Notes: a model not told the origin generated them from the letters alone. A DNA stretch of 64,000 nucleotides from an uncultured virus (IMG/VR IMGVR_UViG_3300027732_002873) (IMGVR_UViG_3300027732_002873:1-64000), one strand, 5' to 3'. Numbered from the stretch's first letter, positions 19,678 through 28,728 are shown. Made by a program: numbers and translations.

Positions 19678-19878
19678 TTATCTAATACGTTTTAAATAAT
19701 CACGACCTATGTGGCCTGCTTCGATTTCACGCAATGCTGTTACTACTGCGCTATTTTTACTTGAAACTTTTGGCATAGCGCCACGCTTCAATTCTCGGGT
19801 ACGTTGACTAGCGATCAACACTAGATCAAATCTGTTTCCCACTGCTTCCACTGCTTTTTCACTGGTAATTCTAGCCAT
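19678..19878 (-). CDS. rpoZ: RNA polymerase omega subunit
   Basis: MARIT...VGNRFDLVLIA..R.REL...ALREI..G. Confidence 0.93.
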   Translation of the reverse strand: MARITSEKAVEAVGNRFDLVLIASQRTRELKRGAMPKVSSKNSAVVTALREIEAGHIGRDYLKRIR

Positions 19879-19879
19879 T

Positions 19880-20491
19880 TTATATTTCCATTTCGTTGTT
19901 ATCTACCAAAACTAGCCAACCTAGTTTCTTTAAGTCACTGCGAATTTCGTCAGTGACCACACTTTCCGATACATAGGCTTCTGTTTCCTTGTATCGTAGT
20001 TGTTGTTCCAAAGTTAAATTATCCCATTCACTTTGTTCTATTGGACCAGCATTTTTTATACCGCTACAGTACCAGTCAATGTAGTCACCTTTTTCTTGCA
20101 TGTCTGCAATAATACCACCGGCATGTCTCCAACTACAACTCCATTTTTGATCTTTTAGAATAGGTATCATGTCATTGCGTTGAAAGTCATTGTTACACAT
20201 GGCGGCATATAAGTTTTGTGCATAAACATCATCGCCTTTGACTTTGTCACAGATCCAAGTATTACTACGCAGATCGTACTCCATGTTATCTTCGCGCCAT
20301 TGTTCTGTGGCTTCTAGTTCTTGACGTAGTTCGGCATGCGATTTATAAAAGTCCAACATTTCTTCGGCGGCTTCGGCAGACTTTGTACCATTTTCTACAT
20401 GCTTGATTAAATTGTCGATGTGGAAAGAGCCGCGAGCAGGGCTGGAATTTAACCCAGTTTTCTCTTTACTATCTTCATCTTGTCCCGCCAT
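19880..20491 (-). CDS. hypothetical phage protein
   Basis: YAQNLYAAMCNN, WSCSWR.AGG and DYIDWYCSG motifs. Confidence 0.75.
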   Translation of the reverse strand: MAGQDEDSKEKTGLNSSPARGSFHIDNLIKHVENGTKSAEAAEEMLDFYKSHAELRQELEATEQWREDNMEYDLRSNTWICDKVKGDDVYAQNLYAAMCNNDFQRNDMIPILKDQKWSCSWRHAGGIIADMQEKGDYIDWYCSGIKNAGPIEQSEWDNLTLEQQLRYKETEAYVSESVVTDEIRSDLKKLGWLVLVDNNEMEI

Positions 20492-21090
20492 TTAAATTCT
20501 TCCCAATTAAATAAAAATTCACTGTCTAACTTTTCGTATATCAGCCATTGCTTAGTATAGTTGATTTCCAAAGGAAAGTCAAGTACATTTGCACCATTAT
20601 AGAATAATCGTCGCGGAGTTCTGCCAGAAATTCTAGTAGCACTTTCACCGGCACGAGTTCTAATACATACTTTGATTAAATTTTTATTGTAATCATTAAA
20701 TGTCAACGTAATAGATTTACATTTGTTTTCAACTGCCCATGCTTTACATGCGGGAAGAATGTATTCAGCGACCAATAATTTGTTTCTATGTTCAGTGTGT
20801 GCCCATGTTCTGATACCCGCCATTGCGATATCATCAGTCCATTCACTGAAGTAAACTCCGCCACTGGCCACAGGTAGTTCATCGTCAAACAACACAAAGT
20901 ATTCACCGAGATTGAATTTGTCGTCCACTTCCAATATATAGCGCAGAGTATTATTTTCATTTCGCCAAGTTTTGCTGTGCATATTGACCATGGCAGGACT
21001 GGAATCTTTTTGACATTCCGATTCTATAGTATCCCAAAAATGTTTTAGTTCTGACTTGGTTAATTTATTGTATTTTTTTACTTTGTACAT
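20449..21090 (-). CDS. GNAT-fold-like protein
   Basis: PVASGGV...RTWAH.EHRNK pattern resembles an acyl-CoA binding motif. Confidence 0.5.
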   Translation of the reverse strand: MYKVKKYNKLTKSELKHFWDTIESECQKDSSPAMVNMHSKTWRNENNTLRYILEVDDKFNLGEYFVLFDDELPVASGGVYFSEWTDDIAMAGIRTWAHTEHRNKLLVAEYILPACKAWAVENKCKSITLTFNDYNKNLIKVCIRTRAGESATRISGRTPRRLFYNGANVLDFPLEINYTKQWLIYEKLDSEFLFNWEEFKWRDKMKIVKRKLG

Positions 21091-21833
21091 ACTAGTTTAA
21101 TCATCCATGCCAAAGGATCTATTTCCCAGAATTTATATGTTGTGCTGGGATTCTTTGCATCGCTGTGATGATTATTGTGCCATGCTTCGCCCAGTATAAT
21201 GGGCCAAAGCCATGCATTATTTCTACTATGATCTTTTGTTTCGTGATTACGATAACCAAACCTATGACCAAAATAATTAAAATTGCTGGTACTAATTTGT
21301 ATTAGCATGGCAGGAACTAGCCAAGCCCAATAGAATAATTGCAGATCTATTAAAGCTAATACAGAAATCACAGGCAGTAATAAAAGCATGTACCATTTGT
21401 GTATAAACAATTGAGCCGGTGTCATTAATTCTTTAACTAAGAATATCTTCATTTCACCCTCTTGTTGTTTCATGTGTCCAAAGCCAAATAATTTATATCC
21501 TAAATTATGCGGGCTATGCGGATCTTTGTCTTGGTCACTATATGCATGATGCAGTCTATGCAAATAAACCCATCCTAAAATACTGCCGCGACCTGTTAAT
21601 AAAGCAATAGCAGAGAACAGCCATTTAAGCACGGGATTTAGTGCAAAACTTTTATGACTATAATATCTATGAAATGTCATCCATACTCCTAGGATGTTCA
21701 AAACATAAAAACTTGTTAACATGATTAGTATGTTGTTTAATGTGTAATCAACAAAAAACAATCCAACTACGCTGTTAATAAAAACAAAAATAGTTAGTAG
21801 ATTTATATTTCTACTTGTGGATCCAAATATCAT
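21078..21833 (-). CDS. membrane fatty-acid (delta-9-type) desaturase
   Basis: His boxes HRYYSH, HRLHH, HNNHH; DPHSP. Confidence 0.92.
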   Translation of the reverse strand: MIFGSTSRNINLLTIFVFINSVVGLFFVDYTLNNILIMLTSFYVLNILGVWMTFHRYYSHKSFALNPVLKWLFSAIALLTGRGSILGWVYLHRLHHAYSDQDKDPHSPHNLGYKLFGFGHMKQQEGEMKIFLVKELMTPAQLFIHKWYMLLLLPVISVLALIDLQLFYWAWLVPAMLIQISTSNFNYFGHRFGYRNHETKDHSRNNAWLWPIILGEAWHNNHHSDAKNPSTTYKFWEIDPLAWMIKLVCTK

Positions 21834-22609
21834 CGTCTAATTAATTCAATGACTCTGGCAGCAGGATCGAATTCCCACCACTTGCCGCTGGTGCCAGATC
21901 CAAAGTCATAGTTACCTGGTCGTGCATGGTGATTGTTGTGCCATCCTTCGCCAAATGTGAACACAGCATTGATCCAAAGGTTGCGACTGTTGTCACTGGT
22001 TTCGAAATTCTTATAACCCCAGCGATGGTTCATATAGTTACTAGTTGTACTACTCCAAACGCTGAACACCGCGGGGATGACAACAACGTGCATGGCCAAC
22101 ACAGGATCTATGACGGCCCAGAATATTGTCCATAATAATAGCAGACCAAAATACCACTTGTGCATGAAGATATGATACTTGTCAAAAATCAAGTGTCGTA
22201 TTTTCCATTTGTTTGGCTCATAGTCATAGGCAGCTACCAACATCTTGGGACCACTGACCATGGGACTGTGTGGGTCACCGGGCTTGTCGCTGTACTTGTG
22301 ATGATCCCTGTGCATGCCTACCCAACCTATTGCACTGCCAGTAAAAGCTAGCGCACCCCATGTGGCACAAAAGTATTCCCAGAATTTACTGGTCTTAAAA
22401 CTTTTGTGTGTTAATAGTCTATGAAAGCCTATACTGATTCCAAGGCCGCCTATGCCCACATACATTAGCACACTTAACAACCACAGTGAACCAACTTGTG
22501 GTAAAAGTAATGCATAGAGTAGAACCAGTGCTGTAGCACTGAGTTGTACATAGGGTAGATATTGCGTGTTAGACGCAAGAGCATTGTTGATGATTCGTTT
22601 GTAATTCAT
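21830..22609 (-). CDS. membrane fatty-acid (delta-9-type) desaturase
   Basis: His boxes HRLLTH, HRDHH, GEGWHNNHH. Confidence 0.93.
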   Translation of the reverse strand: MNYKRIINNALASNTQYLPYVQLSATALVLLYALLLPQVGSLWLLSVLMYVGIGGLGISIGFHRLLTHKSFKTSKFWEYFCATWGALAFTGSAIGWVGMHRDHHKYSDKPGDPHSPMVSGPKMLVAAYDYEPNKWKIRHLIFDKYHIFMHKWYFGLLLLWTIFWAVIDPVLAMHVVVIPAVFSVWSSTTSNYMNHRWGYKNFETSDNSRNLWINAVFTFGEGWHNNHHARPGNYDFGSGTSGKWWEFDPAARVIELIRR

Positions 22610-22639
22610 AACAATATTTATTTAAATTGCTCTTAAACT

Positions 22640-22716
22640 TGGTCGGAGTACAAGGATTCGAACCTTGGACCCCCTGGTCCCAAACCAGGTGCGCTACCAG
22701 ACTGCGCTACACTCCG
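22640..22716 (-). tRNA. tRNA-Pro(UGG)
   Basis: Cloverleaf, anticodon loop UU-UGG-GA, CCA encoded. Confidence 0.95.
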
Positions 22717-22729
22717 AATATATATTTAC

Positions 22730-23182
22730 TTAACTTTCGACTTCGTTGTTTATGTATTCGTAGTTAACAGATTCTTCGTTGTCTCTAAAAACCACGGCTC
22801 CATTTTTAATATGAAATTTTCTAGCCATATCAGTTTTTGGACTCAGCGTTACGAATCTGTTAATTGTTTTTTGATTTTCTTTGATATGTTTTACTGCATT
22901 AAAGATTAATTTTTTCCCTGCGCCCGGTGCATAACTCCAAATAGTATAAAATACAGCAACTTTGGGCTCATTGCAGGTTTCAAATAATTCGGATTCAGAA
23001 CAAGGCACAGTTAGTTGATAACTGACACAGGTAATTGCTTGCACATTGTCATTCTCGTCTCTGGTTACAAAAATATCTTTGTTTGCACCAACACGCTCTG
23101 TCCGGGGAATGTGTGGACGCACTGGATCTTGACCAATCAAGTCGACAAATTTATCACTGAGATTTTGAATTAAATGTAACAT
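22730..23182 (-). CDS. GNAT-like hypothetical protein
   Basis: FYTIWSY.PGAG, TLSP.T.MA.KFH.KNGA motifs. Confidence 0.65.
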   Translation of the reverse strand: MLHLIQNLSDKFVDLIGQDPVRPHIPRTERVGANKDIFVTRDENDNVQAITCVSYQLTVPCSESELFETCNEPKVAVFYTIWSYAPGAGKKLIFNAVKHIKENQKTINRFVTLSPKTDMARKFHIKNGAVVFRDNEESVNYEYINNEVES

Positions 23183-23183
23183 T

Positions 23184-23363
23184 TTAATTTTCTTCTTTTA
23201 GTTTATCAAATTTAGAATCTAAACGATTGTCGTCGGACAATACGTCTTCTTGTTTTTCTTTTTTTGAATCGCGACCAAATATAGCGTCCCATCTAGAATT
23301 GTACTCTTCTTGCGCGATACTAAATGGCCTGGGAATTGAACCTTTGCCTGCTTCATGTGCCAT
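23184..23363 (-). CDS. small hypothetical protein (59 aa)
   Basis: MAHEAGKGSIPRPFS...WDAIFG; AAGGA SD. Confidence 0.6.
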   Translation of the reverse strand: MAHEAGKGSIPRPFSIAQEEYNSRWDAIFGRDSKKEKQEDVLSDDNRLDSKFDKLKEEN

Positions 23364-23382
23364 GATGAATCCTTTAATAAAT

Positions 23383-23456
23383 TGGAGCGGGATAAGAGAA
23401 TCGAACTCTTGACCGAAGATTGGAAATCTGCTGTTTTACCATTAAACTAATCCCGC
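23383..23456 (-). tRNA. tRNA-Gly(UCC)
   Basis: Cloverleaf, UU-UCC-AA, CCA. Confidence 0.95.
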
Positions 23457-23458
23457 AT

Positions 23459-23524
23459 ACTTTATTATAGCACACTTCAGCAGACATTGCACACTCATTT
23501 GATTACAATATGCTATAATAAAGT
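23459..23524 (-). ncRNA. conserved-stem/variable-loop hairpin RNA H1
   Basis: 18-bp closing stem ending AGCAUAUU/AGUGUGCU, 30-nt loop, 2 nt from the tRNA-Gly 5' end. Confidence 0.6.
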
Positions 23525-23725
23525 GTTTAGCTACCTACACCACATAGGCCCTAAACTGAGCTGTTACTCTGTCCATAACATTTATTCTTTTGGGCAGGTG
23601 TTATACCTTACCTAATGCGTTCCCGCCACTCCACAACAGAGCACGGATGGTCATAGCACTACATACCTAGCACTCTTTATGGTAACTGCCCTACCCACTT
23701 TAGACGTCAAAGTGTAACCGGGTTT
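23525..23725 (-). ncRNA. candidate structured ncRNA (about 200 nt)
   Basis: No long ORF, raised GC; CACUUU/AAAGUG hairpin; GUUACCAU can pair with AUGG..GUAAC; AGGU..ACCU stem. Confidence 0.5.
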
Positions 23726-23744
23726 TCTTTGATTAAATACTACT

Positions 23745-23909
23745 ATGCAATCCTATGACATTGTCACCGAAGCAGGCCTACATTTTCATGTAAGTCTAAG
23801 CAAGCAAGGCATCTGCTATATCATTGTCAAAGATATTTTTAGCAATGACTTTGAAATGCTGTACTTTACTAACTTAGATTCTGCTTTAGATTATATTCAC
23901 AGTTTATAA
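23745..23909 (+). CDS. small hypothetical protein (54 aa)
   Basis: MQSYDIVTEAG...; TAAATA-5 nt-ATG. Confidence 0.55.
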   Translation: MQSYDIVTEAGLHFHVSLSKQGICYIIVKDIFSNDFEMLYFTNLDSALDYIHSL

Positions 23910-23910
23910 T

Positions 23911-23986
23911 TGGTTGCGGGGGAAGGACTCGAACCTCCGTCTTCCAGGTTATGAGCCTGATAGTCTACCAACTGACGTACCCCGCG
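23911..23986 (-). tRNA. tRNA-fMet(CAU), initiator type
   Basis: CGCGGGG start with C1:A72 mismatch, CU-CAU-AA, CCA. Confidence 0.9.
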
Positions 23987-23998
23987 ATAAATATATTT

Positions 23999-24532
23999 AT
24001 GATTAATTGTCTTAATATAAATCTAGACATAAGTCCTCTGAGAAAGGATTTAAATATAAACTCATATGGCACACACAATCATATTAAAATATCAATTGAC
24101 GATATTAACAATGATTTAATTTTATTTTTAAAAACTTTAAATCTAACCATTGGCCGGGTAGAATTATTTTACAATCGTCCTTTTCGTTTTAGTACAATAC
24201 ATCTCGATGACACAGGCGGAGATTATATCAAACTCAATTATGTATTCGGCGGCAAAAACAGTTTAATGTATTGGTGGAAACAAAAACCTAATATATCGAA
24301 TAGTGCAGAACTCAACTCAACCGATAGTTTTTATATAGATTATAAGATCGACCAAGTTGACTTAATCGATAAACAGCCAGTAAATTTTCCTAGTATAGTT
24401 CAAGTTGGTATTCCTCATAACATACATAATTTTGAAGAACCCAGATACTGCCTAAGTTTAGTATTAAAAAAACAAGATAATACTAGATTAACTATGGCAG
24501 AATCAATTGAAATGTTCGAACAATACTTATAA
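23999..24532 (+). CDS. 2OG-Fe(II)/cupin oxygenase-like protein
   Basis: IHLD...PHNI....R; paralogue of 46128..46679; start MINCL behind ATAAATA. Confidence 0.7.
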   Translation: MINCLNINLDISPLRKDLNINSYGTHNHIKISIDDINNDLILFLKTLNLTIGRVELFYNRPFRFSTIHLDDTGGDYIKLNYVFGGKNSLMYWWKQKPNISNSAELNSTDSFYIDYKIDQVDLIDKQPVNFPSIVQVGIPHNIHNFEEPRYCLSLVLKKQDNTRLTMAESIEMFEQYL

Positions 24533-25096
24533 TAATTCTTCTGACTTCAATATTTGAACCGTGTCTACACTTAGACCGATGTCAGTACGCACATTCAATT
24601 CCAGAACTTCGTCTTGAAGACGTTGTTTAGCTTTCTTGGCCAGATTTACAAAAACTTTAAAGCCCTTGATGTCTTCTTCAGTGAACACACTAGTGGCCAC
24701 TGTGCTTTCGTAACCGTAGATACTGCGACCTTCTTCTTTACGATTTTTAATCTTGTCCAACTTGCCCAACACAACTGCTTCTTGTTCGCGAACTGCAAAG
24801 CCAGACAACTCTGTGTAGTTCTGAATTTGCTTTTCAAGACCAGCAATCTCTGTGAGTTTGTCGTCTATGCCCACACGACTGTTAACTGCGCTGACTTGCT
24901 TGCGAATGTCATACAGTGCTTTAACCAAAGAATCTCGACGATTCAAATTAGTTTTAAACACAGTCGTAGCTTTATAAATTTCCATGATTGGATCATGGAA
25001 TTCCGTTAGACTAACTTGACCTTTAAGGTCGATGCCTTTGACGACATCATTGATACTGTTCTGCAATACACTGGCTTTACGTAGACTGATATTCAT
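24527..25096 (-). CDS. coiled-coil hypothetical protein
   Basis: 189-aa helical ORF, AAGGA SD, own TTGACT-17-TATAAT promoter at 25113-25141. Confidence 0.75.
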   Translation of the reverse strand: MNISLRKASVLQNSINDVVKGIDLKGQVSLTEFHDPIMEIYKATTVFKTNLNRRDSLVKALYDIRKQVSAVNSRVGIDDKLTEIAGLEKQIQNYTELSGFAVREQEAVVLGKLDKIKNRKEEGRSIYGYESTVATSVFTEEDIKGFKVFVNLAKKAKQRLQDEVLELNVRTDIGLSVDTVQILKSEELL

Positions 25097-25139
25097 ATAT
25101 TTCCTTTAAATAATTATACAACAAAATAAAAACAGAGTC

Positions 25140-25380
25140 AAGAAAGAAAGTAACCAACTGGACAAATAACATGCGGATTAGCTTTAACTAAAATCCTGAC
25201 AAGTCACAATGCACAAGGCACAGAGACCTGTGTATATCCAGGAGCAAGACACAATTCTGTCATATCCCGAGGGTTGGAGCACACAGGCACGAGGCGTTTT
25301 CAAGGCGCCAGCCAATAATTTGTTCGGTATCGCATGAAGCGATAACGGTGTTAGTTCTCATCTCTTTCTTTTCTCCGGGT
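25140..25380 (-). ncRNA. candidate ncRNA with repeated UGUG/UUGU motifs
   Basis: Non-coding, closing AGAAAG/CUUUCU stem, internal hairpins, about 8 UGU(G) motifs. Confidence 0.45.
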
Positions 25381-25418
25381 AGTTATCTTGTGGATATACT
25401 ACCAAAAAACTTTAATCT

Positions 25419-25577
25419 TTACTTGTCTTTTGGACCACGCTTGTTACCGCGCAAGTCTGATTCAAACACTTTTACATAACTTCTCATAATTTCACCACGC
25501 TTGTGTGGATCTGTTTCATAGGCCGCAAAGCGTCTAATTGCTTTGGGGATTTTAACTGCTCTTGGATCGTATGCCAT
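25419..25577 (-). CDS. small basic hypothetical protein
   Basis: MAYDPRAVKIPK...; AAGGA SD. Confidence 0.55.
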   Translation of the reverse strand: MAYDPRAVKIPKAIRRFAAYETDPHKRGEIMRSYVKVFESDLRGNKRGPKDK

Positions 25578-25594
25578 TTTATATTTCCTTTAAA

Positions 25595-25792
25595 TTATTT
25601 TTGACTTTGTGCAATCAGTCTATTAACTACATTAAGGTCGAACTCTAAGCTAGAGATTTTTTCTTTAAGAGCCTGGTATTCTGCATTGTGTACATCTTTA
25701 CTATGAGTTACAATGTCAAAATACATGGCTGCGGCCTCTGCGTGTAGCTTCCTAACATCATGTTCTAACAACTCTCGTCTATCTACTAACAT
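25595..25792 (-). CDS. hypothetical protein
   Basis: 65-aa ORF with AAGGA SD. Confidence 0.6.
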   Translation of the reverse strand: MLVDRRELLEHDVRKLHAEAAAMYFDIVTHSKDVHNAEYQALKEKISSLEFDLNVVNRLIAQSQK

Positions 25793-25811
25793 ATTAATTC
25801 CTTTAAAAATT

Positions 25812-25886
25812 TGGCGGTCTCAACGAGAATCGAACTCGTCCCTACGGCGTGACAGGCCATTATACTAACCGATATACTATGAGACC
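25812..25886 (-). tRNA. tRNA-Asp(GUC)
   Basis: Cloverleaf, CU-GUC-AC, CCA. Confidence 0.95.
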
Positions 25887-25893
25887 AACTTAC

Positions 25894-26718
25894 CTAAGTT
25901 ATGCACTTCTGCAATAACTTGTTAACTTCTATTCTAAACACACTTTCTTTTTCTGGCCAAGCATAAATGTATTGTCCTGCAAAGTCCTTGACCAACAACC
26001 ATGTAATGCCTGCGGCTGTGTACATGTGTGTCTCCGCCTCATAGCCCGGGATAGACCTATCAAAGTTAATGCTGCCATCACCATAGTCCTGGCCATGCTG
26101 TCTAACCCAATCTGCCACACTTTGTACTTCTCTGTCTGTGTTAGGACCCATGCCGCCCAAGTTAGCTACTACAAAGATTTTGCTAGTAGGTGTCGTTGTC
26201 ATAGTCTTAAAGACACTACGCCCCAGCTGTCTAATTTGGTCTTTGACGTTACCTGGTAGTGCTGCCACTTGATGGAAGTCTGGTACCAAGTAGCCTGCCT
26301 TGCGTAATGCGTATTCTGCTGTTGTTGCTAATGTTGTAGTCTTAACTACAACTACAGGTACCATCTCAGGTGTCTCGGGCTCAACACTACTAGTCTGTTT
26401 TTGCACAGTCTTTACAGGCTGTTGCTCAATACTAGCGTTATATGACGGCAGGTCGGCATCAAGTTTGATGTCTAACATCTTACCTAGCACATCCTGCATG
26501 GCCCTGGTAGGTTTAATTTTACCTGTGGCCGCCAATGTTTTACTAACACTGGCCTTGTTAACTTTTACAACTTTAGGATTGTCTTGTTTTGCCTCAGGTT
26601 TAACCTTGGGTTTTTCTGTGTGCTTGACGATGGGACGGGCTGTGCCTGTCTTAAAGATGTTGTCGAGATCTATGTTAGTCTGTGTTTGTGTTTGTGTTTG
26701 TGTTTTTCTTGTTGCCAT
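25894..26718 (-). CDS. hypothetical phage protein
   Basis: Low-complexity N-terminus, globular C-terminus (FHQV..LPG, YIYAWP). Confidence 0.75.
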   Translation of the reverse strand: MATRKTQTQTQTQTNIDLDNIFKTGTARPIVKHTEKPKVKPEAKQDNPKVVKVNKASVSKTLAATGKIKPTRAMQDVLGKMLDIKLDADLPSYNASIEQQPVKTVQKQTSSVEPETPEMVPVVVVKTTTLATTAEYALRKAGYLVPDFHQVAALPGNVKDQIRQLGRSVFKTMTTTPTSKIFVVANLGGMGPNTDREVQSVADWVRQHGQDYGDGSINFDRSIPGYEAETHMYTAAGITWLLVKDFAGQYIYAWPEKESVFRIEVNKLLQKCIT

Positions 26719-26722
26719 TATA

Positions 26723-27841
26723 TCACCATTGTGGAAGTTTCTTCATTTTAGAAGTAAGTTTGAGACCAATTGTCTTTAACACTTCCTTACGCATCTTATC
26801 TCGTTGCGTACGGCCTGCCTTTGTCATATTGTTAGTGCCCAGTATTTCTCTACTGTACATTGTCCAACTTACTGCATGTTTAGCAATGAGAGGTTCCTGT
26901 TCTACCCATCTTGCCTTTTTAATAAACATAGCATATTCTTGGCTACTACGTGGACCCAGGGCCATCTGCGGCTCTATTAGGTCATACTTTTTAGCTAACA
27001 GGTCTTTACAAAAGCCTTCCATGCCGCCAGCATAGGAGTTAATCTTTTTAACGTGCTTAATGTTAATGCCCGTTTCATCTAAAACATATTTGACCATGTC
27101 GTAGAGTCGGTCCTGCTCGTGTTGTGCCTTCTTTTGCTTAAACAGATAATCTGTGTATGCTTTTATTTGGTTTTTTATAATCTGACCAAGTACAGGATGT
27201 TCTTCAAATTTTTGTTGCTCTGCCCAATCTAATCTTCTATCTCGGGCATCATATAATGTAATTCTGTTAGCATAGTCATGTTGGATCTGATATTGGTACT
27301 TGCTACCATTGCGGTCTCTCCAAACATATAAATCACTGGTCTCAGTGTAGTCTTTAAAGAAAGTTGCCTGTGTAGTACACCACTTTGTGCCTGCACCCAA
27401 ATGTCTTGCGGCGGTAGCGGTTTGTGGACTGGCCAACTGGCCAAAAGGACCATTGTACAATATCTTTGTGTTTTTAATAATTGGAAAGGCACCTTCTTCT
27501 TTTACAGTTTTAGTTACTAGTACTTCCTTAATCTCAGGATTGAGAACTTTATCTATGGTCTCATCTAGCTCATAAAAACTAAATTGGTTAATGTCTCGCT
27601 TAGCCAAACGAGGTTTTAGCTTGTCAAAATTTGTTAATACAGTTTTAACTCTTTCTGTATCCTCAAACTTAAATTGGTTATTGATTAGTTGTTTGGCCAG
27701 CCAAGGAACATACTGCAAGTTCTTAGTGGGATCCATTTTCTCTAGTGCAATGACGATGTCCACCACTTCCATTTTGGTATGGCGGACTACGTCTGTAAAT
27801 TTGTTTTTAAACTTTTCTACAGTTATCTCTCTTTTGGACAT
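26723..27841 (-). CDS. hypothetical jumbo-phage protein
   Basis: DPTKN.QY..WL, RDINQF and GAGTKWCT motifs; GGAG SD. Confidence 0.75.
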   Translation of the reverse strand: MSKREITVEKFKNKFTDVVRHTKMEVVDIVIALEKMDPTKNLQYVPWLAKQLINNQFKFEDTERVKTVLTNFDKLKPRLAKRDINQFSFYELDETIDKVLNPEIKEVLVTKTVKEEGAFPIIKNTKILYNGPFGQLASPQTATAARHLGAGTKWCTTQATFFKDYTETSDLYVWRDRNGSKYQYQIQHDYANRITLYDARDRRLDWAEQQKFEEHPVLGQIIKNQIKAYTDYLFKQKKAQHEQDRLYDMVKYVLDETGINIKHVKKINSYAGGMEGFCKDLLAKKYDLIEPQMALGPRSSQEYAMFIKKARWVEQEPLIAKHAVSWTMYSREILGTNNMTKAGRTQRDKMRKEVLKTIGLKLTSKMKKLPQW

Positions 27842-27865
27842 TATGTCTCCTTGTACTAAGATTGT

Positions 27866-27894
27866 AGTATACTATAGATGTCATTTTATGTCAA
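27866..27894 (-). promoter_or_regulatory. sigma70 promoter
   Basis: TTGACA-17 nt-TATACT. Confidence 0.8.
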
Positions 27895-27911
27895 TTTGCG
27901 TTTTGCCAGGA

Positions 27912-27994
27912 CATATTGAAACACACTAACTACCTTGGTATGTACTCAAGTTCATTGAACCGCTACGACCCTATCTTTAATGTGTTTCAATATG
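27912..27994 (-). ncRNA. conserved-stem/variable-loop hairpin RNA H2
   Basis: CAUAUUGAAACACAUU / AGUGUGUUUCAAUAUG, 51-nt loop. Confidence 0.6.
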
Positions 27995-28225
27995 CTCTGC
28001 ATCCCCCGGCGGTAATTGTAGTACATCAAGATATGACGCTATCATACCCATCACACGTACCTTCCACCCGCTTCCCGACAGGGACCGTTCTCGTATTGCT
28101 AACGCCAGTTCGGTTTAACTGCGGCTTGCGCCGGAGCAGATTTACCATCCCCATTGCTGGGGGCAGGCCCTTGCTCGAACCACCCGTACACATCACTGCA
28201 CTTCATCCTCTGGGTCAGAGTAGCC
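27995..28225 (-). ncRNA. candidate GC-rich structured ncRNA (about 230 nt)
   Basis: CUCUG/CAGAG closing stem; GCAA-capped hairpins (CCCCA-GCAA-UGGGG, CGGC-GCAA-GCCG); follows tRNA-Glu. Confidence 0.65.
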
Positions 28226-28243
28226 AACGATACTTGGCATGTT

Positions 28244-28318
28244 TGGTAGAGCGTAGGAGAATCGAACTCCTCTTACCGACGTGAAAGGCCAGTGTCCTAA
28301 CCGATAGACGAACGCTCC
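28244..28318 (-). tRNA. tRNA-Glu(UUC)
   Basis: Cloverleaf, CU-UUC-AC, CCA. Confidence 0.93.
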
Positions 28319-28324
28319 GAAAAA

Positions 28325-28400
28325 TGGTGGAGGAGACAGGGATCGAACCTGCGACCTATTGCTTGCAAAGCAACCGCTCTCCCAACTGAGCTACACCCCC
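28325..28400 (-). tRNA. tRNA-Ala(UGC)
   Basis: Cloverleaf, UU-UGC-AA, CCA. Confidence 0.95.
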
Positions 28401-28412
28401 ATTATAAAAACT

Positions 28413-28488
28413 TGGCTCCTCAGGCTGGGCACGATCCAGCGACCAACGGATTAACAGTCCGCTACTCTACCAACTGAGCTACTGAGGA
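28413..28488 (-). tRNA. tRNA-Asn(GUU)
   Basis: Cloverleaf, CU-GUU-AA; atypical T-loop AUCGUGC. Confidence 0.92.
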
Positions 28489-28494
28489 ATAATT

Positions 28495-28570
28495 TGGTGG
28501 GTCGTGACAGGCTCGAACTGCCGACATTCTGCGTGTAAGGCAGACGCTCTACCAACTGAGCTAACGACCC
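28495..28570 (-). tRNA. tRNA-Val(UAC)
   Basis: Cloverleaf, CU-UAC-AC, CCA. Confidence 0.95.
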
Positions 28571-28572
28571 GA

Positions 28573-28713
28573 TTATCTTGTAAATTTTCTTACTAGAACT
28601 AACCAGTAGTACTTAACACCACGTGGTGTAGGTATCCATGACAAATCGAAACTCATGCCAACTTCTTTAGGAATATTCCCATAGGCTTTTTCAATTATTT
28701 CGTTAGTTGTCAT
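28573..28713 (-). CDS. small hypothetical protein (46 aa)
   Basis: MTTNEIIEKAYGNIPKEV...; AAGG SD; lies inside the tRNA array. Confidence 0.55.
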   Translation of the reverse strand: MTTNEIIEKAYGNIPKEVGMSFDLSWIPTPRGVKYYWLVLVRKFTR

Positions 28714-28728
28714 ATTAACCTTTTACTT

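Noticed and set aside
26678..26705. (TGTGTT)n microsatellite as a phase-variation tract
   Set aside because: It is an in-frame 6-bp repeat encoding TQTQTQ; copy-number change would not shift the frame.
27995..28225. RNase P RNA, tmRNA or group I intron identity
   Set aside because: GAGGAAAGUCC, a tmRNA acceptor end with tag ORF, and group I core motifs were not found by eye.
27916..28284. 122-aa + strand ORF and similar ORFs at 29107, 48825, 49315, 49409, 51347 and 54929
   Set aside because: They overlap tRNAs or GC-rich structured RNAs and lack SD or protein motifs.
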